Part shown: piece by piece, positions 10,940 through 20,236 of the stretch
Position numbering within the stretch: the stretch's first letter is position 1
Layout: every line of letters starts with the position of its first letter
The notes under the pieces: model-generated
The model's input: only the letters and a program-made list of their open reading frames with translations
Told to the model about the DNA's origin: nothing
Database searches by the model: none
Program-made: the position numbers and the translations under genes
Assembly (NCBI GenBank): GCA_019057795.1
Contig: JAHLWS010000026.1
Location: 32,001-96,000, forward strand
DNA from: Promethearchaeota archaeon
Lineage (GTDB): Archaea; Asgardarchaeota; Lokiarchaeia; Sigyniarchaeales; SOKP01
Length of the DNA: 64,000 bases
Direction: 5' to 3'

Positions 10940-11290
10940 TCAAAATGTAATTATTGTAAATCCTTTTTTAATGTAACTGGCCATACTAGGATGCCCCATT
11001 AGTTCGTCGCAGAGGGGAAAGCCTAGTTTCTCCACTTCATCTAAAGATCCCATTTTATTACAACACGCTTTGCAGAAACAATCTATTAGTCCTGAATCTT
11101 TTAAATCTTGATAAAGCTTAAAGAAAGGATTCTCCTTGTTTTCGAATTGCTACGCTAATTTCGTAGCTGATCCTTCGACGATTACTTTTACTTCAAATCC
11201 TTTTTTGTCAAGATCTAATGCGTTCAATACTACGTGAATAAAACACATAGGATCTCCATTAAACGCAAATAACGCGAATTTTTCTCCCAT
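10940..11290 (-). pseudogene. DsrE-family protein with an in-frame TAG (11150-11152); not in the ORF track
   Basis: Manual translation: MGEKFALFAFNGDPMCFIHVVLNALDL...VEGSATKLA*QFENK...DCFCKACCNKMG...MGHPSMASYIKKGFTIITF. Confidence 0.8.
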
Positions 11291-11362
11291 TTTTGCCACT
11301 TTTTTTCAATTGTTGTTTAATTTTATGTTAAGATGAATAAAATTGAATAAAAACCTTTATAT

Positions 11363-12172
11363 TTAGGTTTTTAAGTTAAAATTTAGCCTTCCATTACACA
11401 ATTCGATGGCTTTTGGATTATTATCGACTCCAATCCATTTTCGGTTTAACTTTTTAGCCATAGCTATCGTTGTTCCAGAGCCACAGAAAAAATCAGCAAC
11501 GATTTCTCCTTCATTTGAAGATGCTAAAATTATTCGTTCGAGCAATTTTCCCGGTTTCTGAGTAGGATAACCTAAATATTCCTTCGATCTCGTAGTCGTT
11601 TGGAAAGAATAAATATCGTTCCACACGTCACCAACTAATGTTCCGGGTTTTTCGTCTAAATATTGCCTACCTCCTCGGCGTTTTCGATACAATCGTCCAT
11701 TTTCGTCTTTATATCTAAACATTTTTTTAACATATTCTTCTCGATATGGTAAATATTGTTTATGAAAAGTGAAAATAGAAGATTTCGTGTAATAAAAGAT
11801 TGTATCGTGCTGGCGTACCCAACCATTTACTTGGCTTTTAAATCCCGAAACGCTTCCCACATTCCAAATGATTTCTCTTCGAAAATTTTTTCGTCCAAAA
11901 ATTTCATCACAAATAGGTTTCAAGTCAAATTTTGCGTTTGTATCGCAATGTAAATAAAAACTACCTTTTTCTTTAAGGATACGATACATTTCTTTAATTC
12001 TTAATTTCATAAAATCTAAATATTCATCTAAAGATTTCCATAAATCAGAAAAATCCTTGTAATCAACGCCACTATAAAAAGGAGGGTCAATATAGATAAG
12101 ATCGATTATTTCTGATTCCAGTTTTCTCATAAATTCTAAGTTTTCTGCGAGATAGACAATATTTAACTTCAT
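11363..12172 (-). CDS. N4-C/N6-A DNA methyltransferase (beta class)
   Basis: Catalytic IYIDPPF precedes YPTQKP and the SAM-binding DFFCGSGTT. Confidence 0.9.
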   Translation of the reverse strand: MKLNIVYLAENLEFMRKLESEIIDLIYIDPPFYSGVDYKDFSDLWKSLDEYLDFMKLRIKEMYRILKEKGSFYLHCDTNAKFDLKPICDEIFGRKNFRREIIWNVGSVSGFKSQVNGWVRQHDTIFYYTKSSIFTFHKQYLPYREEYVKKMFRYKDENGRLYRKRRGGRQYLDEKPGTLVGDVWNDIYSFQTTTRSKEYLGYPTQKPGKLLERIILASSNEGEIVADFFCGSGTTIAMAKKLNRKWIGVDNNPKAIELCNGRLNFNLKT

Positions 12173-12189
12173 GCGAGAATTAAATAGGA

Positions 12190-12594
12190 ATGAATATTAA
12201 TACAATTATGATAAAAAAAGAACGGTTAAATAAGAATTTCTTGGATGAGTTCCAAGATTACGATTTTTCAAAAATAAATGAAAAGAAAATCTTTTTAGTA
12301 GGTTCCATGCGATTTAAGGATTATTTTATTAAGATCGAGTCAATTTTACAGATTAAATATAAAAAACTTGTCGAAATCTGTTCGGTTGACGGATTATTAA
12401 ATAAAGAAAGATTTTCGGTGGAAGAATGGGATAATCTCCAAGAGGTTGCCCTAAGGAAACTACGCGATCAAGACGCAATTTTAGTACTTGATGTCAATAA
12501 ATATATTGGAGATCAATCAAAAGAAGAAATTGAATATTTTCAAGTAAAACTAAAAAAGCCAGTATATTATTTTTCCAAACTTAAATTAAATTAA
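12190..12594 (+). CDS. Nucleoside 2-deoxyribosyltransferase-like (DUF4406-like) protein
   Basis: IFLVGSMRF...DAILVLDVNKYIGDQSKEEIEY...KPVYY matches the NDT-fold pattern. Confidence 0.6.
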   Translation: MNINTIMIKKERLNKNFLDEFQDYDFSKINEKKIFLVGSMRFKDYFIKIESILQIKYKKLVEICSVDGLLNKERFSVEEWDNLQEVALRKLRDQDAILVLDVNKYIGDQSKEEIEYFQVKLKKPVYYFSKLKLN

Positions 12595-12760
12595 TTTTTA
12601 ATTTTCATTTTATCAAGGAATCTCCGCCTATTCAATAAATAAGTCCCTTAAAAATCAATAATTTGGTGAAGTCGGGATATTTTAAAGGATAGATTAAATT
12701 TTAGACATAAGTAGATCGATTGAAAAATTTAACGATAAAAACTAAGGGTTATAACCAAAA

Positions 12761-13768
12761 ATGGAATTGTTCCAAGTTTTTTGGGACGAACAAAGGAAAT
12801 TGTTTTTAGAATTTAAAAAAAACGATGAAGAACAAGTTCAATTTCTTCCAGATAAGATTAAACGATTGAATTTCCAGTTTGAAATATCTAAGATTGTTAA
12901 ACAAGAGATTTATTACAAGCAATCTCCATCGCTAATTTCAATAAAAAAGATTTATCACTCAAACGAGCTTCTCTGTTTTACAATTGAATTAGATGAAATT
13001 CAGGGTTATACAGATATCCAGATTAAAGTTTTAAAACTAACGATATATCTATATTCTGGGCACCGAATCGAGTATATATTTTCAGAGAAATTTAACATAT
13101 TAGACATTGGGATTAACGACGATTGCTACGATGGTTTTCAATTTATAGATCTAAGTTTAGGTAAAGGTCAAAAAAGAAAAGTCACTCAAGAAAGAGTAAT
13201 ACAATCGATTAAGACGGATTACAACCAAAATAAAGAAGAAAGAACAATAATTTACGAAAAAAAGAGTATTGAGAGTATTTCTGCTGATCAAGCTAATCAA
13301 TCTGTAATTTCAATGATGAAAGAGAGCAACGAGACTTTAAAAAACATAGAGCTATATTTAAAAAATCTCTCCTTAACCATGCAAAATATGCCAGTTAGTC
13401 CTATATCTTACGGACCGCCAGTACGCACGCCCCAAAGAATTTCGGGACCTGGTATCGAAAGAATTAAAAGATCCGAATTACCTTCATTGATACAAAGCCG
13501 AGGATCATCAGCAAAACTTTTAGTGATAAAAGAGATGAAAACAAAATTCAGAGAAATCACAGAGAAAAACAAAGGATTTAGTGTTACAGATATTTTAAAA
13601 CCAATGAGCGAGGATGAACTTAAAGCTATCGTATTGAGCGATGAGGAATTAAAGAAAAAGGAAGAAATCACAATCAATAACCAAATTAAAAGATTTAAAA
13701 AAAAGCAAGAACTAAAAGAACAAAAAGAAAAAAAAATCAAACTGAAAAAATTAAATAAACCAAAATAA
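12761..13768 (+). CDS. Hypothetical protein with coiled coil, Pro-rich linker and Lys-rich tail
   Basis: 335-aa ORF with no recognised motif. Confidence 0.6.
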   Translation: MELFQVFWDEQRKLFLEFKKNDEEQVQFLPDKIKRLNFQFEISKIVKQEIYYKQSPSLISIKKIYHSNELLCFTIELDEIQGYTDIQIKVLKLTIYLYSGHRIEYIFSEKFNILDIGINDDCYDGFQFIDLSLGKGQKRKVTQERVIQSIKTDYNQNKEERTIIYEKKSIESISADQANQSVISMMKESNETLKNIELYLKNLSLTMQNMPVSPISYGPPVRTPQRISGPGIERIKRSELPSLIQSRGSSAKLLVIKEMKTKFREITEKNKGFSVTDILKPMSEDELKAIVLSDEELKKKEEITINNQIKRFKKKQELKEQKEKKIKLKKLNKPK

Positions 13769-13910
13769 GCTATTAATGAATACTGAACTCACTTTTTTTA
13801 ACCCTATCCCTAATATTCATTCGTAGTGTTCATTATTAGTTTTATTATGAATCTTTAATTATCTTTGATTATTTAAATATTAATGAGGAAAGAAAACTTA
13901 TTAGAGGTCG

Positions 13911-14693
13911 ATTAATTTTTTATTAAATTACTTTATTGGTACCGCTGGAAGCGGAAAAAGTACTTTAACAGGATTATTTAAAGAGTATGTTCTTACTAGA
14001 AATCCTGATATTTCGGCTATTACTTTAAACTTGGACCCTGGCGTTAAAAGAATGCCTTATACTCCCGATATAGATATAAGAGACTACATCGTTCTTGAAG
14101 AAGTAATGGATAAATATGAGTTAGGGCCAAACGGAGCCATGATCTTAGCTTCTGATTTAATGGTTAACTTTCTAGACGATTTAAAGTACGAAATTGACGA
14201 ATACAATCCAGATTGGGTATTTGTAGATACTGCTGGGCAGCTCGAACTGTTTGCTTTTAGGGAAACGGGACCTTTAATTGCAAGTTCATTAGGTTTTGGA
14301 TCAATTCAAAAGGCAGTTTCTTTTCTTTTTGATTCAAACTTAGTCCTTAGACCTAATGGATTCATCTCTACACTACTTTTAGCGGCCTCAGTACAATTTA
14401 GGTTTAGAAATATTTCCCAAATTAATGTTTTATCCAAGGTTGATCTATTAGGCGAAGATCAAATCGATATGATTGTTAATTGGAGTCAAGACTTTCGAGC
14501 GTTAGAGGATTCCACTAATGAAAGAGAAAGTGGTTTAATAAGGGAGTTATCTATGTTAATCTCAGAAGTATTCGTTCAATTAGGCTCCACTTCAGAGTTG
14601 ATTCCCTGCTCAAATAAAGAAGAATACGGGCTCGACCTATTATTTGCCTATTTACAAAGAATTTTCAATTCGGATGAGTCAAAGTTTTATTAA
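13911..14693 (+). CDS. GPN-loop GTPase; start probably ATT at 13911
   Basis: The P-loop GTAGSGKST lies upstream of the tracked TTG in the same frame. NLDPG, LGPNG, DTAGQLELF and VLSKVD motifs are present. Confidence 0.88.
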   Translation: MNFLLNYFIGTAGSGKSTLTGLFKEYVLTRNPDISAITLNLDPGVKRMPYTPDIDIRDYIVLEEVMDKYELGPNGAMILASDLMVNFLDDLKYEIDEYNPDWVFVDTAGQLELFAFRETGPLIASSLGFGSIQKAVSFLFDSNLVLRPNGFISTLLLAASVQFRFRNISQINVLSKVDLLGEDQIDMIVNWSQDFRALEDSTNERESGLIRELSMLISEVFVQLGSTSELIPCSNKEEYGLDLLFAYLQRIFNSDESKFY

Positions 14694-14748
14694 ATTAAAT
14701 GATTAATAACACTAAATAAATTAAAAAGACTATATTTCAAATTAAAAT

Positions 14749-15846
14749 ATGAAAATTATTGGTCCATGTGCAGGTATTGGTTCGAGATTACGCCCATTTA
14801 CCTTAAGCAAACCTAAAGCGTTCATAAATGTTGCTGGTAAGACGGTGTTAGAACACATCCTTAATAAGATTAACGACACTTTTGATTCAAAAACGGAATT
14901 AATTTTAATTGTAGGATATAAGAAAAGACAAATAATAGAATTCGTTAAACAAAAGTATAGCGATAAGTTTCGGTTAACTTTTATCGAGCAGATACCTAGA
15001 GGTTATAATGACGACATCCCCTTTTATTGGGGCTTAGGTGAAGCCGTATATTTAGCTAATTCAAGGTTTGAAAAAAAAAAATACGCAAGTAAAGAAGCTG
15101 ATAAACGGGAAGGATCGTTAATCTTCTTATCAGACATGATTCCAATTGACGAATATTCTTACTTAATGTATCGATATTACGAATCTGATATAGATGGAAT
15201 TATTACAGTAATGGAAGTCCCAAAAGAAAATGCAAGCTCTTATGGTGTTGTTGTTGTAGATGATAATTCCCTTATTCAAAAATTAGTTGAGAAACCAAAA
15301 GAATTTGTATCCAATTTAGCTATAGCTGGTATATACGCATTTTCTAACTCTGCAACCCAAGCTCTCTTTGATAATTTAAAAATATACTTAGATAAAAGAG
15401 TGGACAGCGCTAAAGAGGTTTATTTAACCGAAAGTTTACAAGATTTAATCGATAGCGGATTCAAAATCGCAGCAGTTAAGCTAAAAAAAGGAATATTGGA
15501 TTTTGGAAGACCTTCTGAAGTGTTGAACGGTAACAAATATCTTTTAGACCAAAAATCGGTCAATATCGAAGATTTTCAAGAACTAAATATCGTTTCTGAA
15601 AGGTCGTTCATAAAAGGTCCAGTATATATAGGGAAGAATACCAACATTTCTTATTCCGTTGTTGGACCATATGTATCTATTGGTTGCGATTCTAATATTG
15701 AAAATTGTATTCTAGAAAATTGCGTTATTGAAAAGAATGCAACTTTGAAAAATGTGATTACTGAGAGTTCAATCATAGGAAGTAATGTAAGAGTAGAAAA
15801 TATTACTAAAAATAATTTAATTATTGGAGACAAAAGTATTTATTGA
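14749..15846 (+). CDS. Sugar-phosphate nucleotidyltransferase (glucose-1-phosphate thymidylyltransferase-like) with LbH tail
   Basis: AGIGSRLRPFT..PK, YGVV, LVEKP, DFG and C-terminal hexapeptide repeats. Confidence 0.85.
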   Translation: MKIIGPCAGIGSRLRPFTLSKPKAFINVAGKTVLEHILNKINDTFDSKTELILIVGYKKRQIIEFVKQKYSDKFRLTFIEQIPRGYNDDIPFYWGLGEAVYLANSRFEKKKYASKEADKREGSLIFLSDMIPIDEYSYLMYRYYESDIDGIITVMEVPKENASSYGVVVVDDNSLIQKLVEKPKEFVSNLAIAGIYAFSNSATQALFDNLKIYLDKRVDSAKEVYLTESLQDLIDSGFKIAAVKLKKGILDFGRPSEVLNGNKYLLDQKSVNIEDFQELNIVSERSFIKGPVYIGKNTNISYSVVGPYVSIGCDSNIENCILENCVIEKNATLKNVITESSIIGSNVRVENITKNNLIIGDKSIY

Positions 15847-15892
15847 TAAAAAATAAAAAAAATATAAAATAAAATAAAATAAAATAATAATC

Positions 15893-17242
15893 ATGCCGTA
15901 TAATATAGCGTTTGATGTGGCCCACAAGCCGCGTGGAAAGTTAGACGAGAATCTAACGGAATTACGAGACTTCTTAAATGCGAACGATTATGTTTGTTAT
16001 AATTTCTTAGAAGCGCCGATTACCCGAAATTCTTTAAAATCTTTTGATATTTTAGTGTTTGTTTGCCCTGATTTTACAAAAATTTCTTCGATGGAAATAA
16101 CTGAAATTAACAGTTGGGTTAGAGAAGATGGTGGCGGGTTATTGATGATGTCGCATGCGGGGGGCGATAGAGGAAGAAATAGTAACTTAAGCGAAGTAAG
16201 TCAATCATTTGGAATCGTATTTGAAAACGATCAAGTACTAGATAAAACTTATAATTTAGGCTTGGAAAATATGCCTATAGTTACAGCCTTTATTCCACCA
16301 CATCCAATTACAAATGGTATTAGTTCATTATGCTTTAGATCTGGATGCTCGCTTTCGTTATTAGGTAATTCTATTTCTATTGTTTCTTCAAATGAAACCT
16401 CAGAACCTTTTTCTACTCCCTTAATTTGTGTTGCTGAACCAGATAAAGGAAGGGTATGTGCTATAGGAAGTTACGAATTGTTTAGAGACAGAGTTGGAGG
16501 GGGTTTTGGTAACGACGAGCATCCAAATTTAGCGTTTAATATATTTTCATGGTTAGTTTCAGATTATAGAATGGAATTGCATTCGAGTGGTGCTATCCTC
16601 GAGATTGCTCCTCAAGAGGCAACTTCTACAAAACAAACAATGGACTACCAAGCGCCACCAATTAGTTCTGAAATAACTGAAAGGAAAAAAGTAGATATCA
16701 GTTTTTCTATGAAAATATCTAAAAAAAGTGAATTAATCGATTTACTAAAGATTTTTCAAAATCAAATTGATACGATAAAGACTACAATCGACAAATTAAT
16801 TAGAACAGTTGCTTCTTCGGAGACCTCGATAACAGAATTGACTGAACCCCCATCTAATAAAATTGAAAAAACAACAAATGATGGTTTAGACGAATCATTA
16901 ACCTCAAATGAACCACTAACCGATCTACCCAAAAGACCTGAGGTTTTGGACCAAAAAGAGGACGAATATTTTATTGGACTGCCAAGACTCGATGTATCCG
17001 ATAAATTAAAGCCTGCTCCAAAACCCCAAACTAAAAAGAAAGTTAAAAAGAAAGATTTAATAGCCGAAAAGAAGGGACTAGAAAGTAAACTTAATTCGGT
17101 TCGAAACTTACTTGATTTTGTAGAAAAAAAATATAAAGCTGGACAAATGGATAAGAAATCTTACGAAAAACGGGCTGGTCAACTGAAGAATGATTTGAAG
17201 GCAACTAAAAACAAAATTGAAGCCATTGATAAACAACTATAA
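15893..17242 (+). CDS. GIFT/IFT52-GldG-like (GATase1-fold) domain, low-complexity linker and C-terminal coiled-coil hairpin
   Basis: IAFDVAH, DILVFVCP...EI..WV..GGGLL, FGIVFEND, HPITNGI, GRVCAIGS, NIFSWL. Confidence 0.65.
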   Translation: MPYNIAFDVAHKPRGKLDENLTELRDFLNANDYVCYNFLEAPITRNSLKSFDILVFVCPDFTKISSMEITEINSWVREDGGGLLMMSHAGGDRGRNSNLSEVSQSFGIVFENDQVLDKTYNLGLENMPIVTAFIPPHPITNGISSLCFRSGCSLSLLGNSISIVSSNETSEPFSTPLICVAEPDKGRVCAIGSYELFRDRVGGGFGNDEHPNLAFNIFSWLVSDYRMELHSSGAILEIAPQEATSTKQTMDYQAPPISSEITERKKVDISFSMKISKKSELIDLLKIFQNQIDTIKTTIDKLIRTVASSETSITELTEPPSNKIEKTTNDGLDESLTSNEPLTDLPKRPEVLDQKEDEYFIGLPRLDVSDKLKPAPKPQTKKKVKKKDLIAEKKGLESKLNSVRNLLDFVEKKYKAGQMDKKSYEKRAGQLKNDLKATKNKIEAIDKQL

Positions 17243-17273
17243 AATGCAAAGTAAGGTTTATATTCATTAAATT

Positions 17274-18596
17274 CTAACTTTTTGGCTTAAATTCGTCAGG
17301 AACATATGGTTGAGCGTATTTATTTACAATTTCGAAGAACTCTTTATCCCCCACTCCTTTTGTAACTTTCTCTAGTTCTTGCTTTATTATCTTAAACGAC
17401 TTTCTTAATTCCTTTTTAGACGTCTCCTCGTGTTTCTTTTTCACTTCTAAAACAATTCGCTTAATAATATCTTCTGGAATATCTAAATCTAAAACCTTAA
17501 TTTTTTGTTGTAGTGCGTTTAGTACTGATTTAGACCCTGAAAATTTTCCTAAATAGAATTTTCTTCTTCTACCTACTATATGGGGGTTGATTGGTTCATA
17601 AGTTAATGGGTGTGCTAAAATTGCAGCAATGTGAAGTCCGCTTTCGTGACTAAAAGCGTGTTCACCAACTATGGCCTTGTTTAAGGCTAGTGGTTGGCAA
17701 AAATATTTCTCGCAAATTTCGCTTAATTCTGGTAATTTTGTCAAATCTATACCGGTTTTAATACCTATCCGTTCAAGATTCGTAGCAACCTCTTCTAAAG
17801 CGGCATTTCCTGCTCTTTCGCCGTAACCATTTATACATGTATGTGGATAAGTGCATCCCTCAAACACGCCAACAATAGTATTAGCAACCGCTAAGCCAAA
17901 ATCGTTGTGCGTGTGAATACCCATTGGAATTTTTTTCTTTAGTGGTTTTATAACTTCTTTTTTTATTCGCTTAATCAAATACGAAGTAGAATCGGGCGTT
18001 AAAACACCCACTGTGTCTCCAAGAACGATCCTTTCTGCCCCAGCTTCTATTGCTGTTTTGAAAACATTTACCAAATGATTAAAATCGCATCTAGTGCCAT
18101 CTTCTGAAACCCAATTGACTCTAAATCCGTTGTTTCTCGCGTAATGAATGGCTTCTTCTATCATCTCTAGTTGCTGTTCAGGTGTTTGCTTTAAAGTTTT
18201 CCTAAAAATTGGAGAAATTGGCATGAAAATAACGATTTCTTTAAGATCTACATCGATACACGCATTAATATCTTCCTTCTTTGGACGAGCAATTCCAAGG
18301 ATAGTAGCATGTTTACAATTTTCATTTACTATCGCTTTAACGATTTTCTTTTCGGTTTTTGAGACTGCTGGAAACCCAACTGCGATTAATTTAACTCCTA
18401 TCTCGTCCATTAATTTTGTTAAATGGATTTTTTCATCTAATGTAAGATAAACGGTAGGACTTTGCTCTCCATCTCTCAATGTTTCGTCCCAGATACAGAC
18501 TTTTGAGGGAAGATCAAGTTTTTGCTCTTTTAAAGCAATTTTATTATAATCAATTAAAAGTTCTTCTAATTCCTCTTTTGTAAATTTATAGCTCAT
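17274..18596 (-). CDS. Isopropylmalate/homocitrate/citramalate synthase family (DRE-TIM)
   Basis: DETLRDGEQ, HTHNDFGLA, GERAGNA, AFSHESGLH. No obvious LeuA regulatory domain. Confidence 0.9.
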   Translation of the reverse strand: MSYKFTKEELEELLIDYNKIALKEQKLDLPSKVCIWDETLRDGEQSPTVYLTLDEKIHLTKLMDEIGVKLIAVGFPAVSKTEKKIVKAIVNENCKHATILGIARPKKEDINACIDVDLKEIVIFMPISPIFRKTLKQTPEQQLEMIEEAIHYARNNGFRVNWVSEDGTRCDFNHLVNVFKTAIEAGAERIVLGDTVGVLTPDSTSYLIKRIKKEVIKPLKKKIPMGIHTHNDFGLAVANTIVGVFEGCTYPHTCINGYGERAGNAALEEVATNLERIGIKTGIDLTKLPELSEICEKYFCQPLALNKAIVGEHAFSHESGLHIAAILAHPLTYEPINPHIVGRRRKFYLGKFSGSKSVLNALQQKIKVLDLDIPEDIIKRIVLEVKKKHEETSKKELRKSFKIIKQELEKVTKGVGDKEFFEIVNKYAQPYVPDEFKPKS

Positions 18597-18785
18597 CTTT
18601 GATTACTAGTGGGGGTCAATTTATTAATAGTAAAAATTATCTAAAACAAATAAAATTGTTTATTGATTTTTAAGAAGAAAAAGATTATTTTTAATTTCTT
18701 TTCATAGAACTATTAATAAAAGCAAAAATAAGTTAAAATTATTTTTTTCGATAAATAATAAAAATGTAGTATAATTTTGTTCTTT

Positions 18786-19283
18786 TTAAGTGTGCTCACA
18801 CCCACACCCACATTCATGCGTGCCAGGTGGATCTGGTTCGCAACCTATTTCTAGAATTTTAATTTTAAAGATTAGCGTTTTTCCTGCCATTGGGTGGTTC
18901 ATATCAAGGGTTACAAACTCGCCATCGACCTCCTTAATCCAGACCACAGATTGTGCCCCGTTAGCATCAAATGCGTTCAACATCATCCCCGGTTCAGGAT
19001 CAATATCTTTTGGAAGTTGATCTTTTGAAATAGTTTGAATTAATTGTGGATCGACCTCACCATAAGCTTCAGAAGCTTTTATAGTAATAGTAAATTCATC
19101 TCCAACATCCTTACCCATAACCGCGTTATCAAAACCTCGAATTAATAAACCAATACCAACTTCAAATTTCATTGGTTTTCCTCCTTGAAGTTCCGTACTA
19201 TCAAATATCGTTCGATCTTCTAATCGCCCTTCGTATTCTACCTTAATTATATCGCCCTTCTTAATAACCATTTTAGATTCCAA
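18786..19283 (-). CDS. slyD: FKBP-type peptidyl-prolyl isomerase, SlyD-like
   Basis: FDST, EAYG, DMNHPMAGKTL and a Cys/His-rich tail HECGCGCEH. Confidence 0.85.
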   Translation of the reverse strand: MESKMVIKKGDIIKVEYEGRLEDRTIFDSTELQGGKPMKFEVGIGLLIRGFDNAVMGKDVGDEFTITIKASEAYGEVDPQLIQTISKDQLPKDIDPEPGMMLNAFDANGAQSVVWIKEVDGEFVTLDMNHPMAGKTLIFKIKILEIGCEPDPPGTHECGCGCEHT

Positions 19284-19480
19284 CTTTTTAGATATTAATA
19301 AAATAATGGAAATAATGTTTATTACTTAATGGTTTATTTTTTAAAAATTCTAATTTTAAAAATGGGAGAAATTTATCAAATAAAGAAATAGTAATAAAGT
19401 GGCTACTGCTGTAATTGTATTTCTAATTATTGGTTTTCGCCTATTACAAAAACATATAATTCTGAAAGAACTGATTTCAT

Positions 19481-19921
19481 TTATTTTATAATATCTGTTA
19501 TAAAACAAGTTTCCATAATTTTAACTCCTTTGATTACAGATATTTTCTCTTCAATTAAAGGGTTAAACTGTTCAATAGTAGGAATCTCTACTTTTATAAA
19601 AAGACCACAATTTCCACTTAAGCGCCAAATATCTGTAATCTCTTCAATTGCTTTTAATTCTTTCATTATATTTTTCATCTCCTTAAAATCAGGTTCAATT
19701 TTAACAGTGGCTCTAGTTTGTGGTTTAGAATTTGTACTATATTCTATAGTAAAACTTTTTATTATGCCATCCTCCTTCAACTTATTAACCCGCCTTCGAA
19801 CCGTAGCTTCTGTTTTTCCTACTCGCTCAGAAATGTCTCTAAATGATATTCTACTATTTTCCTTCAATTCTTCTAAGATTTTTTCATCGATTGCGTCCAA
19901 TTTAATTTTCAACCTCTTCAA
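19481..19921 (-). CDS. Lrp/AsnC transcriptional regulator
   Basis: LDAIDEKIL..LKENSR...ATVRRRVNKL..DGII HTH followed by a RAM domain. Confidence 0.9.
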   Translation of the reverse strand: MKRLKIKLDAIDEKILEELKENSRISFRDISERVGKTEATVRRRVNKLKEDGIIKSFTIEYSTNSKPQTRATVKIEPDFKEMKNIMKELKAIEEITDIWRLSGNCGLFIKVEIPTIEQFNPLIEEKISVIKGVKIMETCFITDIIK

Positions 19922-20236
19922 AATATATTTAATATTTTACTAAAATGATCTATTTTATATATTAATTGTGATATTTAGTTAATTATTTTTTAGCTTTTTA
20001 GTATTTAAATTTTTATTTTTTATTTGAATCTTTCGAAAAAAAGCGATTTTGGTCGATATGTATTATATTTATATAATAATTTGAAAATTGATATTGTTAA
20101 AATAATCAAATATTTAGCATATTATTACCAAATTAATAATTTTACAATTTTTTTATCACAACTCTCAAATACATAGACATCTATAACTATTCATATTACC
20201 ACTATCAAGATAAACATTAATTTTTAAAAAAAATAT

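Noticed and set aside
11150-11152. Pyrrolysine at the DsrE TAG
   Set aside because: No pyl genes in the window, the position is not an obvious catalytic site, and neighbouring genes have TAA lesions that point to error or decay.
5782-11290. Genome-wide stop codon reassignment
   Set aside because: TAA and TAG end most intact genes in the window at the expected domain ends.
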